Assembly: GCA_964016885.1 (NCBI GenBank)
Contig: OZ024740.1
Span: 240,622,001-240,686,000, forward strand
Direction: 5' to 3'
Source of the DNA: Eledone cirrhosa
Taxonomy: Eukaryota
DNA: 64,000 bases
Shown here in pieces: positions 51,650 through 64,000 of this stretch (the stretch's first letter is position 1; every line of letters starts with the position of its first letter). The notes below the pieces were generated by a model that ran no database searches, was not told where the DNA came from, and was given only the letters and a program-made list of their open reading frames with translations. The position numbers and the translations under genes are program-made.

Positions 51650-52004
51650 TACCTATACCCTGTAAAAAAGACCCCCTTCTGTCATGAATGACCATGGGAT
51701 TTGCACCTAGAAAGTTCCCCGCCAAGGCACAAGTCTGGGCAAGGTTGTTTGTGGAAGACCAGCAGTAGCCCATGCATACCAGTTACCCTTCTCCAGGCCA
51801 CCGATGTTGTCCAATGGAAAGGCAATGGCTGATACAGCTTGGCACAAGTGATGTCGCAACTCATTTCTACAGCTGAGTAAACTGGAGCAATGTGAATTGA
51901 AGTGTCATGCTCAAGAACATAATGCATCACCCAGTCCAAAAATCGAACTCACAACCTCCTGATTGCAAGTCCAATGCTCTAACTACTAAGCCATGCACCT
52001 TCAC
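51650..52004 (-). mobile_element. tRNA-derived CORE-like SINE
   Basis: Head tggcttagtagttagagc...gagttcgatt (A/B boxes), then ttgagcatgacactt and gctccagtttactcagctgtagaaatgag. Confidence 0.75.
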
Positions 52005-52170
52005 TTTGTAGTATATGTATATACACCTTTCAGTGCATGTATATAAACACTCCTCAATGCATGTATGAACACCTCTCCTCTATAAAGAATTAGTGATGAA
52101 TGAGACTAATTATCCATTTTGCAGAAAAAGAAGGGCAGCTTATGATGATATCATTAACATATATACTTAC

Positions 52171-52386
52171 TACTTTGCTTTGGGAAAATAATAATGCTCG
52201 ATGACCTTGCCGTTTCCAGAGACGTAGGAGACCCTCTATAACAATCATCTTTCCTGATCTACGCCAGTAGCCAAATTCAAGAGTCTCATCCTCTTTTATG
52301 TCTTCTCCAATGTAAATCCGTGGACCTCCAGTGGAAATATCAGGATGGTTGCAAATTTTACGAAGAGTTATTAAACCAGCAAAAAC
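52171..52386 (-). CDS. ERCC6: ERCC6 exon
   Basis: [16 protein letters not shown]...[29 protein letters not shown]; 216 nt. Confidence 0.96.
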
Positions 52387-52898
52387 CTGAGAATATAAGA
52401 ATATAAGAAGTCTTAAGCAAGAAAAAGTGAAAGGCTGCAATGGTCAACATTGGGTTAAACAACAACAGCAACAACAAATATAAGGAAGTACTGTTATATT
52501 TATGTAGAGTGGATAAATATCAGATTATCCCATAATACAGTGATTTGTAAAACTTTTCCAATCCATGGCACAGCAAATAAGGCACTAAAAGAGTTACAGC
52601 ACACTAGTTTTATTGTGTAAGTTTTATAATACAAAAAATTGATATTAATATTGTATTAAAAGAGAGATGGGCACATGCATTGCACTTTGCCACAAAAGAA
52701 TATACATGCACCTATGCAGTGCATTAAAACACTCAAGGTTTCTAAATACTTCAGCATTTTCTGACTTGCCTCAAGGAAGCCTGTGCAATGCACTCTACAT
52801 ATAATCAGTGTTATATATTGAAATTAAACATCTTTTATCCTGAACATAATTCACACACACACATGAATTAATACACACAAGTAAAAATATGCACATAC

Positions 52899-52994
52899 CT
52901 TATAACGACCATCTAAAATGTTCTGACACTCACGAGAATCAAGGTATTCCTGGTATACATCTCGTTGTTCTTCTGTAAGCTTGCAGAACAGTAC
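52899..52994 (-). CDS. ERCC6: ERCC6 exon
   Basis: VLFCKLTEEQRDVYQEYLDS...; 96 nt; AG/GT. Confidence 0.94.
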
Positions 52995-53769
52995 CTGAAT
53001 AATAAAGCAGACTACAGTTACAGTACAAAAGCATTAATTTATCTTTGATGCTGTCAGTTAACACAGAAAATTCTATATATTTGCAAATATTCAATGGACA
53101 AATAGGTTATTGGAACTTGGTGTCTTTCTTTTGAAATTGTGAAAAAAAAAAAAAAAAACATTTTTTCCATAAAACTATATAATTGATTGTAAATATAACA
53201 ATGATGCAGATATTCAAATCTCCAAAAGATGCTGTAATTACTACCTACTACTACTACTGTTGCTATAAATACCTTTGTAAACTACTATCTCTACAGTCTG
53301 CCAGTAGATGTCAGTAGAACTTTAAGTCAATTAAAACCTGCTTTAAATTGACTTCCATCTTTGATTATTCACACTTGAAAGACAGCCCAAAGTTCATTAT
53401 GTTCTACTCCAGTCATGATAAACTCAATAAATTGTTGGCTTTCTTCAACAATGGATGAATCAAGGAAAGGGAAGTTAGTTGCTAAGTATATAAAACAATG
53501 AAACTTTCTTTCATATATTATTCTACTTGTCCTCTCACATCATCTGTGCGAAGACTTTTAGGTCAGAAGGAAGATAAAATGAATAAGTTGATGATAATAA
53601 TAGCTTTATTTATTGGCCACAAGGACCAAAGGTTGATGATAATAATAATATGATGATGATGATGAGGATGATGATAATAATATCATAAAAATAATAATAT
53701 GATGATGATGGTAATATCATAACAATATGATGGTAGAACGTCAGTGATATAAACCTTTTCCAGTCACTG

Positions 53770-54365
53770 GAAGGGTTCACGGAAGAGGTTGATAGCTTCT
53801 GTTATCTAGGTGACTTAATAAGGATAGGATAGAAAAAGTTTAGAAAGCTACTCCCACTGTTAACAGCATGGTAGAGAAACATGGGTTGTGACTGCAAAGA
53901 AATGCTTCGTTGGATGTGCAATGTAAATGTGAGAGATAGGCAGAGCTTGGAAGAGCTGAGGGAGAAGCTGGGTTTAAGAGAAATATGAAGTGGTATGCAA
54001 GAGAGATGATTGCATTGGTAGGGACAAGTGATGTGCATGGATGATGATCGCTGGGTGAAGAAGTACCAGGAATTCCCAGTGGAAGGAAGCCACAGTAGAG
54101 GTAGACCACAAAAGACCTGGGTAGAGGTGGTGAGAGCTGACCTCTAAGAACCAGGAAATCCCAGTGGAAAGAAGCCACAGTAGAGGTAGACCACAAAAGA
54201 GTTGGGTAGAGGTGGTGAGAGCTGACCTCAAATTGCTGACACTCACAGAGAAGAGATGACAAAGGAACATGGTGAGTGGAGAGATACTGTGCTGAGAAGG
54301 ACCTGTCCATCCCATGTAAGTATGGAAAAATAGACATAAAAACAATGATGATATCATATGATGAT
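53770..54365 (+). mobile_element. Degenerate RTE family B 3' fragment
   Basis: atgcttcgttggatgtgcaatgtaaatg and GRPQKTW-like segments; (GAT)n tail. Confidence 0.7.
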
Positions 54366-54982
54366 GATGACTACACAAGAATAATGGACATCAGATGCTA
54401 TAATTGTAGAAGAAACAGGTTCAAGACACCATGTAATGACTGAACAAATAGAGGACATTTTCTGTAAGTTAGTTTATTGATTAGTAAGATGAAGGATACC
54501 AGTGACCAAATGATAGATAATGTTCCTTAATGAAATGTATTTGGATTTTGAAGGAAACCAAGGGCTGAAACAAACTCAAAAGTTCTTGACAAAATTTTAA
54601 CCATGTCAAGTATGAGGCTTTCAGAGATGTCCCTAGAAATTATGTGTCCTAGCATGAAGAATGAAGGAGATTTTTTAAAGGTGGAAATTATTCATGAGAA
54701 GTAACAGATAACACAATTCCCAAATATAAATGATGTTTTCATTTTGGTGTTATTAAATGTTACTAGGTCATCAAATAACTGGGGAGAAAAAGATAGACAT
54801 ATAGTGGTGTAATATATTTACAGTTGCCAACAGATTAAGAACAGTTACAAATCCTAGCAGATTCAATAAACTGTCATCATATATTGCATGGTTTCCAGAT
54901 ATCTAATTTAGAATGTAACTGAATCATTTACATACAAAAACAGATATTCCAAAACTTTTTATAATAAATGTAACATTAGTTA

Positions 54983-55138
<156 letters not shown>

Positions 55139-55314
55139 TTAATATCTAATTAGAATAGAATGGAAAAATTAAAACAAATTCTTACAGTCACTTCCTTCCT
55201 CCAACATCCTTTGCATGACACTTATTACCTTCAATGTATTTCCTGAGATCAAGTAAAAGGGAAATAGTATCTGCTGTTACTTTTTGCCTGATATCGTACT
55301 TGAACACGTCTAAA

Positions 55315-55572
55315 TCATCATCATCGTCCTCATTGTTTAATGTCTATCTTCCACGCTAGCATGGGTTAGACGGGAATTGACCCACTTGAGGCAAGATTGG
55401 TCGGGTGACCGTGTCTCGCTCATATAGGACTGTATCTGGCAGGTTTTCTACAGCTGGATGCCCTTCCTAACACCAACCATATTTACAGTGTGAACTGGGA
55501 GCCTTTTTACCGTGTCTCCTACACGACCAATTTACAGCGTGGACTGGGTGCTTTTTGTCATGACACCTACAC
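55315..55572 (-). mobile_element. RTE family A 3'UTR-derived non-autonomous element
   Basis: Matches 28010-28350 (ccacttgaggcaag, gatgcccttcctaacacc); a related copy lies at 55790-56100. Confidence 0.7.
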
Positions 55573-56506
55573 AGAAGTATTGATGTGTGTTATGTTGAAT
55601 GCAGTAATGATGGGTGCCTAGCCAAGGGGTCAAGCACTAAGTAATGATTGAATTTCTAAATATGTGGTCAACAGTCCAGTAACTTAACTATACAAGCAGT
55701 ATATGCTTCCCTTAACAGCAAATATAAATGGCTGATAATCTCTTAAGGGGTTTTACAGAAATTAAGCAGTTCAGTATTACTACAATCGACATTTAACGTC
55801 CATATTTCCACACTAATATGGGTTAGAGGAATTATCCTGTTGTGAGACAATGCCAGACCAGATGACAGTGTCTTGCTCGTACAGAACTGATTCTGGCTTG
55901 GTTTCTACAGCTGGAAGTCCTTTCTAATGTCAACCACATTTACAGTGAGTACTGGGTGGTTTTTATCATGGCACCTACATGACTACTTTACAGTGTGAGC
56001 TAGGTGCTTTTTGTGATGTCACCAAAATGACTACTTTACAGTGTGGGTTGGGCGCTTTTTGTCATGACACCAAAATGACCACTTTACAAGGTGGACTGGG
56101 GGTTGTAGTTGAGACCTCTGGTGACCTCAGTCTTTTAATTTCCATTTTCCTCCACAAAATTGTAAGTGTATCCCACCTGAGAAAGCAGCCCCATAGGGTA
56201 ACATGGCTAATGCAGCAGGTGTCGTTGGTTGTTCTCTGAGGAAATGCTTTTGCCATTTTGTCTGCAAGATACAGCTGAGATATATAGCCAAGACTCAGGT
56301 GTAGAGTCTGCTGCTACCCCATTTCCCCTTACTTTCATTATTTAAATTCTTTTCTTTTTGTAAACATCATATAATTTGACCGAAATTTGTTGAATAAAGA
56401 TTTGCCATTTACCTTAATTATTTTACTAACATAAACAGTATTGTTTATAACTATTCATTTACATATTAAATTTCTGAAGTTATATATTAATCAAATAAAA
56501 ACGTAC

Positions 56507-56683
56507 TTGTACTTCTGTTGCATTAGAATAGCCACCTTGAACAATAGGGACAGAGAAATGTTGCATGAAATCTGGTAGAGTGCCCAACTTTCCAGGGAAC
56601 ACAAAATCAAACAAGGACCAAAGTTCTTTCAAATTATTTTGAATTGGTGATCCAGACAAGATTATGCGATGTGGTGTGCGAAA
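56507..56683 (-). CDS. ERCC6: ERCC6 exon (motif III)
   Basis: [37 protein letters not shown]...[10 protein letters not shown]; 177 nt. Confidence 0.96.
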
Positions 56684-57684
56684 CTTGAAAGAAAATAAAG
56701 AAAATAACCTTTTTTTTTTTAAATGTACAAAACTTAAATGCTTAAATCATTACAAATTTTGGAAGGAAGTCTTAAACCACCTCTTAAACTAAATTTATTG
56801 TTCCTTATAGTAAATGAGTAAATGTTTTTGAAAGGCACTGATATAGTTTTTATATGAATATCAAAATGTACAGGATCATATAATCTATGACATGTATCAT
56901 CATCAGCTTTACATCCATTTTTCTAAACTGGGATGAGTTGCACAAGTTTACAATAGGTTATTAGTGGTATTTTTAGTTATATTACATGACAGTTGACCAA
57001 GGCTGGTGTTTTTTTTTACTGTCCAGAATCCTTTACTATTGCTTTATGCAAATAATGACAAACTGGCTAACTATGTTTCCTAACATTAGGAAAGTTGTAT
57101 TCCCAGAATTGGTTTAATTTGGGGCAATAGCTATCTTGAGTGGACTACCTTCACCATAAAGTCATAAGGAGCAACTCATGTTAACTCTGAAAATTGAGAT
57201 ATAACTGAAGGCAAAGGAAAGTAAGTTATAAGGAGTGCCTAAATGTTATTACTGTCACCTTATGATATAACCAACACAATGGACAGCCCATACAAATATC
57301 ATATAGAACAACAGTACTAATTGTATGCTTATCAGTAAAGCTAAGAAACAAACTTTATTAGTGTGTGTCATAGCTAATTGTGTTTGATGGCTGACAGAGT
57401 GACACATCATGTCACTAATGTTGTGTTGTGATCATTAATAAGTGACTTAATTCTCAGATGCCACAGTTCAGCTAACTGTAAATTACCATCTATATAATTA
57501 AGACTTTCTCAATAAAGAAGACATATTTTATTAGTGTTCAAATCTTACCATAAGGATAACCTCGAAAAGCAGTCTTGCAGTTTTCAGTGGTGTTTTATAA
57601 ATAATGGGATGTATCCTCAACACAACTGAAGCCAAGAATTTGCTGAGAAAAGACCCCTCTCCACAAAAAAAGATAACAACCTAC

Positions 57685-57855
57685 CATCTTACAGGCAAGT
57701 GTAACTTGAGCATCAGGATTTCGGATCTTATGACCTTCATCTAAAATTACATAGTGCCACTTGTGTTTGAGTACAATGTCTTTATGGGAAACAAGATTAT
57801 TGTAGGAAGTTATTATGATACCACAGCAGTTGTTGATACTGTAAACAAGCTTCTC
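57685..57855 (-). CDS. ERCC6: ERCC6 exon (Walker B, DEGH)
   Basis: WHYVILDEGHKIRNPDAQVTLACKM; 171 nt. Confidence 0.96.
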
Positions 57856-58415
57856 CTGAAAGAAAAAGAATGAGATGAAAATAAAGTGTTCATTTATGAA
57901 TATAATGGATTTTCCTCATAACTACCTAAAGAAAAGTTTGTCTTGCTTCATGCTTGAAAATTTTGATTCATAATACTCAAATGTTTATGTAAAATATTTT
58001 AAGATTTAAAAGATAAAAAAATACATTGGATAAAATCAAATCTATATTTAATTAAACTAGTGCAAACGTAGGAAAATGCCTTAATGTAAGTGTTAAGAAA
58101 GAAATTGGCAGTAATAGAGAGATTAGAATGTGCTTGTAAAAAAGACATCATCATCATTTTTACATCTGCTTTTTCCATGCTTGCATGGGTTGGGTTGAGA
58201 TTTTTTGAGGCAGGTTTTCTTCAGTTGGATGTCCTTTCAGATGCCATCCTATATTGTTTTGAGTGTAGTATATATATATAGGATAAAGATCCCGTAATGA
58301 TTTTTTCTATAGAGGAAGAATCAACCCCAGTACTGGACTGGTACTTTTTTTTATTGACCTTGAAAGGATGAAAGGCAAAGTTGAACTCAGAGCACACAAT
58401 GAGGTGGGACAAATA

Positions 58416-59711
58416 CCGTATATACTCGCCCTGGCAGATAGGTCGCATACCCACTTTTCATTTAACAAATAGGCTATTTGCCATTGACTCGCAGATAGGT
58501 TGCACTGAAATTTGGGCCGTCAAACTACTATTTTTTATGATAATTGAAACTAATAATCAGTTAGTTTCCCATTACTTCGCCGTTGCGATATATACTCCAA
58601 ACCATGTTTTATTTATAAAATAAACATTAATGTCATCGAAATTTCGTCAATTCGAGATTACTTCAAGATAAAGACTTTAAGCGTGAAAATTAACTCTTAA
58701 TATAGTGAAACAACTTGAAATAACACGTGTTTTTTAACGTTGAAAGTATAACAGATTGTTAGCGTATCAACATGGCTTCCCAAAGTAGCGAATACCGACT
58801 TTGAAGGTTTTACATGCGACAACATTCAAAATGAAAAAGAAACACAAGATAATATTAGTGATTTATCTTCAAATGAAGCAGACGTATCTATTTCTGACGA
58901 TGAGAGTTACTTTGTAAGTGAAAGCAAAGATCTGATGGACACCATTGAAAATATGGAAACACTCTGTTACGTAAATTTACACCGTACATTGTGTAAGAGT
59001 ACATTGCAAATATTATTTTGACTGGTGAAAAGTTTTTATACATTTTTTTCAATGAAAATATTTGCCTGGAATGTAGAGAAAGACTAAAACCTTGTACTGA
59101 TTATATCTGCATTTTTAATTAATTCACCTGTTCGGAAAACTGCTAGAATTGATGGAAGTCAACATCTAGGTCATTATTGAATGTTTTTGCAACAAATCTA
59201 ACAGGTAAGGCAGATAAAGTTTAAATTTTTGTGTTTATCCATAAAGTTTTTACTTTTACACCTGTTAATTAATAGTTTTTTCATTTCTTCATCTATAACT
59301 GTGAATTCGTTATAATAGTCATTCAATTCATCTTCACATTCTTCAATATCATCTGTTTGATAACTTTTTCTCTTACTAGAATTCATATTTCTCAGTGAAT
59401 TATAAAAAAAATTTCAACTATCAACTTTTCTCACAAGAAACGCCACTTGCAATAATCTGTTTCCTGTTAAAGTAAATACGTCACAATACGTGTTCATAGT
59501 AATGCTAAGACAGTGAAAAAACATTTTAAATACTGGGTATGCATTTCTATGGATTTTAATGACGGATGGTTCGGTCAGATATAAATACCCCTCGTTGATT
59601 AAGTCTATGAAAAATCATTGGTCAGTCTGATGTCGATCGGATAGGTCGCACCCCAAAAATTTATACTTATTTATCATTAAAAAAGTGCGACCTATACGCG
59701 AGTATATACGG
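58416..59711. mobile_element. Tc2/pogo-like non-autonomous DNA transposon in an ERCC6 intron
   Basis: TIR CCGTATATACTCGC / GCGAGTATATACGG, TA on both sides, subterminal ATAGGTCGCA repeats. It splits a SINE whose halves (58320-58415 and 59712-59760) rejoin. Confidence 0.85.
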
Positions 59712-59763
59712 TACTGTAAAGCATTCTATCCATCTTAACACCTGCCAATTTGCTGCCTTACTG

Positions 59764-59800
<37 letters not shown>

Positions 59801-60019
59801 AAAAGTCAACAGTTGACATGATTTTGATTTTGTATCAGTACTGACGGTAATATATATATATATATATATGTATGTGTCTGTGAGTGGTGTGTGTGTTCGT
59901 ATGTATGAGTGGCGTGTGTGTTTGTAGTTTGTATGCATGAGTGTTGGTGTGTGAGTGTATGTGTGTGTGCCGTGAGTGTCAATAAGTTTTTATTTATTTT
60001 TTTATGACCATGCTGTAAA

Positions 60020-62163
60020 ATGGAAGGGTAGAGAGGGCCCTTGAGTCTAGTAAGACATCCTCTCTAGTGCTGGTGGCACAAATAAAAGCACCCAGTCCAT
60101 GCTGTAAAGTGGCACTGGTGTTAGGAAGGGCATCCAACCAGTGTATCAATGCCAAAACGATTATTAGCACAGCAACAAGTACATAGTAACAACAAAATAT
60201 GAAGACATCGCATCTCAGAGTTGCAGCACTTAATGTTGGCACTCTCAGAGGTAGATCTGCTGAAATAGCAGAGATGCTAGAGAGAAGGCATGTGGATGTG
60301 TGCTGCGTGCAAGAGGTGAGATGGAGAGGTGCCTCTGCGAGACTAGTCGTAGACAAACATCTTAGCTATAAGCTTTTCTGGGTAGGTAAGGATGATGGGT
60401 TAGGGGGAGTAGGCATCTTCCTGGCTGAGAGATGGATCAATAAGACAATAGAGGTAGTTTGAGTTAGAAAAAGGAGGTCTGGAAATGTCATTATGAGACT
60501 GATGAATGTGGAGAACGAATGAGGGAGAGAGAAATTACCCTCAGTAGATCCAACAGAGGGACCAGCTATTGAGATTGACGAATATAGGGTCCAACAAGCG
60601 ATTAAGGAAATGAAAAATGGTAAGACTGCTGGACCATCTGGGATAGTTGCTGAGATGCTGAAGGCATCAGGAGACGTAGGCACTAAACTGGTTGCACGCA
60701 TCATCAATCAGGCTATATATGGTGGTGTCATACCCAAAGACTGGTGCAGCAGTATTCTCATAAATTGCTACAAAGGGGATGCTCTGGAGAGGAGCAATTG
60801 TAGGGGTATAAAACTGATGGATCAGGTTATGAAAGTGGCAGAAAGGATATTAGCACAACTAATTAGAGAAAGGGTGAAACTAGATGAGATGCAGTTTGGT
60901 TTTGTGCCTGGGAAGAGTACAACAGATGCCCTCTTCTTGGTGAGACAATTACAAGAGAGGTTCTTAGAGAAAAATAAGCCACTATACTTAGCCAGCCTTT
61001 GTTGACCTAGAGAAGGCCTTTGATAGGGTACCCCGATCTGTCATCTGGTGGTCCCTAAGGAAACTAGGTGTTGAGGAATGGCTTGTGAGGACAGTGCAAA
61101 CTTTGTACTGTAGTAAAGTCAGGGTAGGAATGGAGTTTAGTGAGGAATTCCAGATACAAGTAGGAGTACATCAAGGTTCGGTCCTCCGCCTGCTCTTGTT
61201 CATTATAGTCCTTCTCTATGCTGACGATCTGGGTCTTATAGCAGAATCAGTAGAGGAGCTAGAGAATAAATTCTGGCTATGGAAACAGCAGTTGGAAGCA
61301 AGAGGACTGAGAGTGAACCTAGCTAAGACAAAAGTGTTGATGAGTAGAAAAGAGGACAAAACTCTGATTCCATCAGGGAAATGGCCATGTTCGATATGCA
61401 GAAAAGGAACAGGCATAAATTCTATAAAATGCACACAATGCAAATCCTGGGTACACAAGAGATGTAGCGGGATAGCAGGCAAACTAACAGGTAGAGAGAA
61501 ATATGTATGCAGTAGATGTTCAGGGAAATTAGACAGTAGAAGTCGCATTGATAGACACATTTTTCAAATGCAGGCGGGTGCTATAGAAGTGGTGGATTTG
61601 CTTCCAGTACCTAGGAGATCAGATTAGCATGGGAGGGGGGGGGGGGGGGTTCCGAGGCCATAGTATCTAGAATAAGGACGGGTTGGAAGAAGGGTTTCTC
61701 CCTGCATATGAAAGGCCGGTTATATGATGCCTGTGTGAGGAGCGCAGTGCTGCATGGTAGTGAGACATGGGCAGTAACTGCAGAGGATATGCGACGGCAG
61801 GAGAGAAATGAGGCAAGCATGCTCCGTTGGATGTGCAATGTAAATGTGCGTGAACGACCCAGCATGAATGTGTTGAGAGAGAAACTGTGTCTGAGAGGGA
61901 TAGAATGTAGTGTGCGAGAGAGGAGACTGAGGTGGTATGGACATGTGATGCGCATGGAGGATGACCGATGGGTGAAGAAGTGCCAGGAAATGGCAGTAGA
62001 GGTAGACCACGAAAAACATGGGCGGAGGTGGTGAGAACAGACCTCAGATCGCTGAAGCTCATGGTGGAGATGACGAAGGACCATGACAAGTGGAGAGATA
62101 CTGTGCAGAATAAGACCCGTCCCACCCTTGCAAGCATGGAAAAGCGGACGTAAAATGATGATG
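60020..62163 (+). mobile_element. RTE LINE family B, internally deleted, with PHD-type finger
   Basis: APE start MKTSHLRVAALNVGTL; RT QFGFVPGKSTTDA, EKAFDRVPR, LLYADD; C4HC3 insert; (GAT)n tail. Confidence 0.9.
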
Positions 62164-62497
62164 ATATATATATATATATATATCATCATCACCAATTATG
62201 GTAGGAGTCAACCCTATTGTAGTGTGCCTATGAATATCTCATCGAAGCAAAGTAAAATTTGTTTTTGCAGAAAAGTTGCTTATTAGATGTCATTGAGTAT
62301 TTAAAAAGTATAGAGTCAGATATATATGGTTGAACAATGAAAACATTGTTTAACCTTTTTTATATATATATATATATATTGCTAATGTTCATTGAGCCAT
62401 TATGTTACAGGACATATCTTTATAAACAGTGTCAATATGACATTTTGTAAATCTTTACTGTCATTTATATACCTATAAATCTACACCCAAACATTAA

Positions 62498-62717
62498 CCC
62501 TTTCGCATTTAAACTGGCCGTATCCGGTCAGAATTCTCTCACCTCATTCTGTTCAAACTGGTCATAACTACCGCTCATACTGATCTTAAGGTGTTGTTCT
62601 CAAAATAAATAATATTAAAATTTCATAGATTCAATATTATGTAAGATAATTATGTGAGCTAAAGCCTTTAGCATGAAAATATAATAGTAAATATACAGTA
62701 ATGTAAATGCTAAAGGG
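62498..62717. mobile_element. piggyBac-type MITE in an ERCC6 intron
   Basis: TTAA-CCCTTTCGCATTTA ... TAAATGCTAAAGGG-TTAA. Confidence 0.85.
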
Positions 62718-62777
62718 TTAATATATCATCATCATCATCATCACCGTTTTACGTCCGTTCTTCCACGCTAGCATGGG

Positions 62778-62818
<41 letters not shown>

Positions 62819-62986
62819 ATAAAATGAATATTATTATTATGAGAAGGACAGGAAAGATAATAATGAAGATGATTATAATTTTAAGAAAGAAAAAAAGAAA
62901 AAAATCTACATTAATCAATAAATGAGCATAGGAAAAGAATAAGAAAGCTTATTAAATAAACAAATGAAACAAGACAAACATTGTAC

Positions 62987-63122
62987 CTCATTTCCTGTAA
63001 ATGATCCAGTAGCATGAAGAACTGCCACACGGAATTTTGGACTCCAATTATGAAATTCACGGACCCATTGATACATGACTGTTGTTGGACAAACAATTAT
63101 GCAGGGACCCAGACCAACATAC
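62987..63122 (-). CDS. ERCC6: ERCC6 exon (motif Ia)
   Basis: [45 protein letters not shown]; 136 nt. Confidence 0.95.
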
Positions 63123-63473
63123 CTTCAAATTACACAAAACAGTAACATATAAGGACAAAGAAATGTTTTCAAGAATTCTGTTTATAAAACAAGACATAAC
63201 AATAATAAAATTAGTGTTTACATATCTGATGCAGTAAGCATCAAAAATATAATTAGAAACACTTATGTGATGAGAAGAAAAATAACATTAGTTTAATGGC
63301 TAATATTATTTTAATTCTTTTGATAGTAATATGCCAGTTTATATATAAAACCTTACAGTAAAAAAATGAACATGATAATCGGAAGACATATGCTTGTATA
63401 TAAGTTGTGCATGTCTATTTGTACTGTGCATTGAATATTTTGACATATTTGTTTTTTGTTGCAGTTAACTTAC

Positions 63474-63626
63474 CCCAGAGTTTTATCATGAAGCTGACTG
63501 TGATGGAGAGCAGCTAGAAAACTAATAGTTTGTATTGTCTTTCCTAAACCCATCTCATCGCCAACGATACCACCAGCCTGCTGGCAGTGTAATTCCCATA
63601 GCCAGCGAACTCCAGTCTTCTGATAC
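63474..63626 (-). CDS. ERCC6: ERCC6 exon (Q motif and Walker A)
   Basis: [32 protein letters not shown]; 153 nt; the gene continues beyond the window. Confidence 0.96.
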
Positions 63627-64000
63627 CTTGAACAAATAAAAGAAATGTCATTAAAACATTCACAATCAAAGCTTTTATTTGAAATATATCACGTTTACAA
63701 TAATTTTCACCTGATGAAAATTTACATAATACAAAAGACATTTATTTTCATGTAAACCAACTTCAATTTCTAGTATAAACTCAAAGCTTTACATGTATTG
63801 GGGAGAGTGTGATCATGTATATCAATGCCAACAAAGACAAAATATCAAATTGATTATTGTGAGATTTGAACATAAAGAGATTTAACTAAATAGCATTCTA
63901 CCAATTCTCCTATTTACTGCCATCAAAAAATCTAATATTAAAAGCTAGACATGAATTAATGTTCTGTGTTAATAGGAGCAGGATGGTTTTCCCTACTTTG

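Noticed and set aside
57856-62986. CSB-piggyBac fusion exon like primate CSB-PGBD3
   Set aside because: No intact sense-strand transposase ORF in any ERCC6 intron within the window.

Overview
AT-rich animal genomic DNA with long (TA)n, (CA)n and (CAT)n microsatellites. The RTE LINEs, tRNA-derived SINEs and Penelope-like elements resemble a coleoid cephalopod, probably Octopus (inference only). The right third (40820-63626, minus strand) holds the last 14 coding exons of ERCC6/CSB, a SNF2-family ATPase. All 14 have GT-AG junctions and splice into one frame of about 921 codons; the 5' exons lie beyond the window. Two phase-compatible 5' exons of an unidentified minus-strand gene lie at 4227-4732. 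The region ~5.4-31 kb is a nested transposon island, mostly inserted into (TA)n tracts. It contains CRE-like and RTE LINEs, a Helitron, a 14-bp satellite, a tRNA-Trp-primed non-autonomous LTR element, solo LTRs, a Naiad-type Penelope element and several fold-back fragments. The most notable signals are: (1) a dispersed minimal hammerhead-ribozyme repeat, with copies in sense orientation inside ERCC6 introns; (2) RTE reverse transcriptases with a C4HC3 PHD-type finger inserted between RT motifs; (3) an RTE with three C-terminal C2H2 fingers; (4) a satellite array apparently enclosed by RTE ends; (5) a Tc2/pogo-ended element with two opposed acidic transposase-like remnants in an ERCC6 intron. 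All calls were made by eye; no database searches were run.
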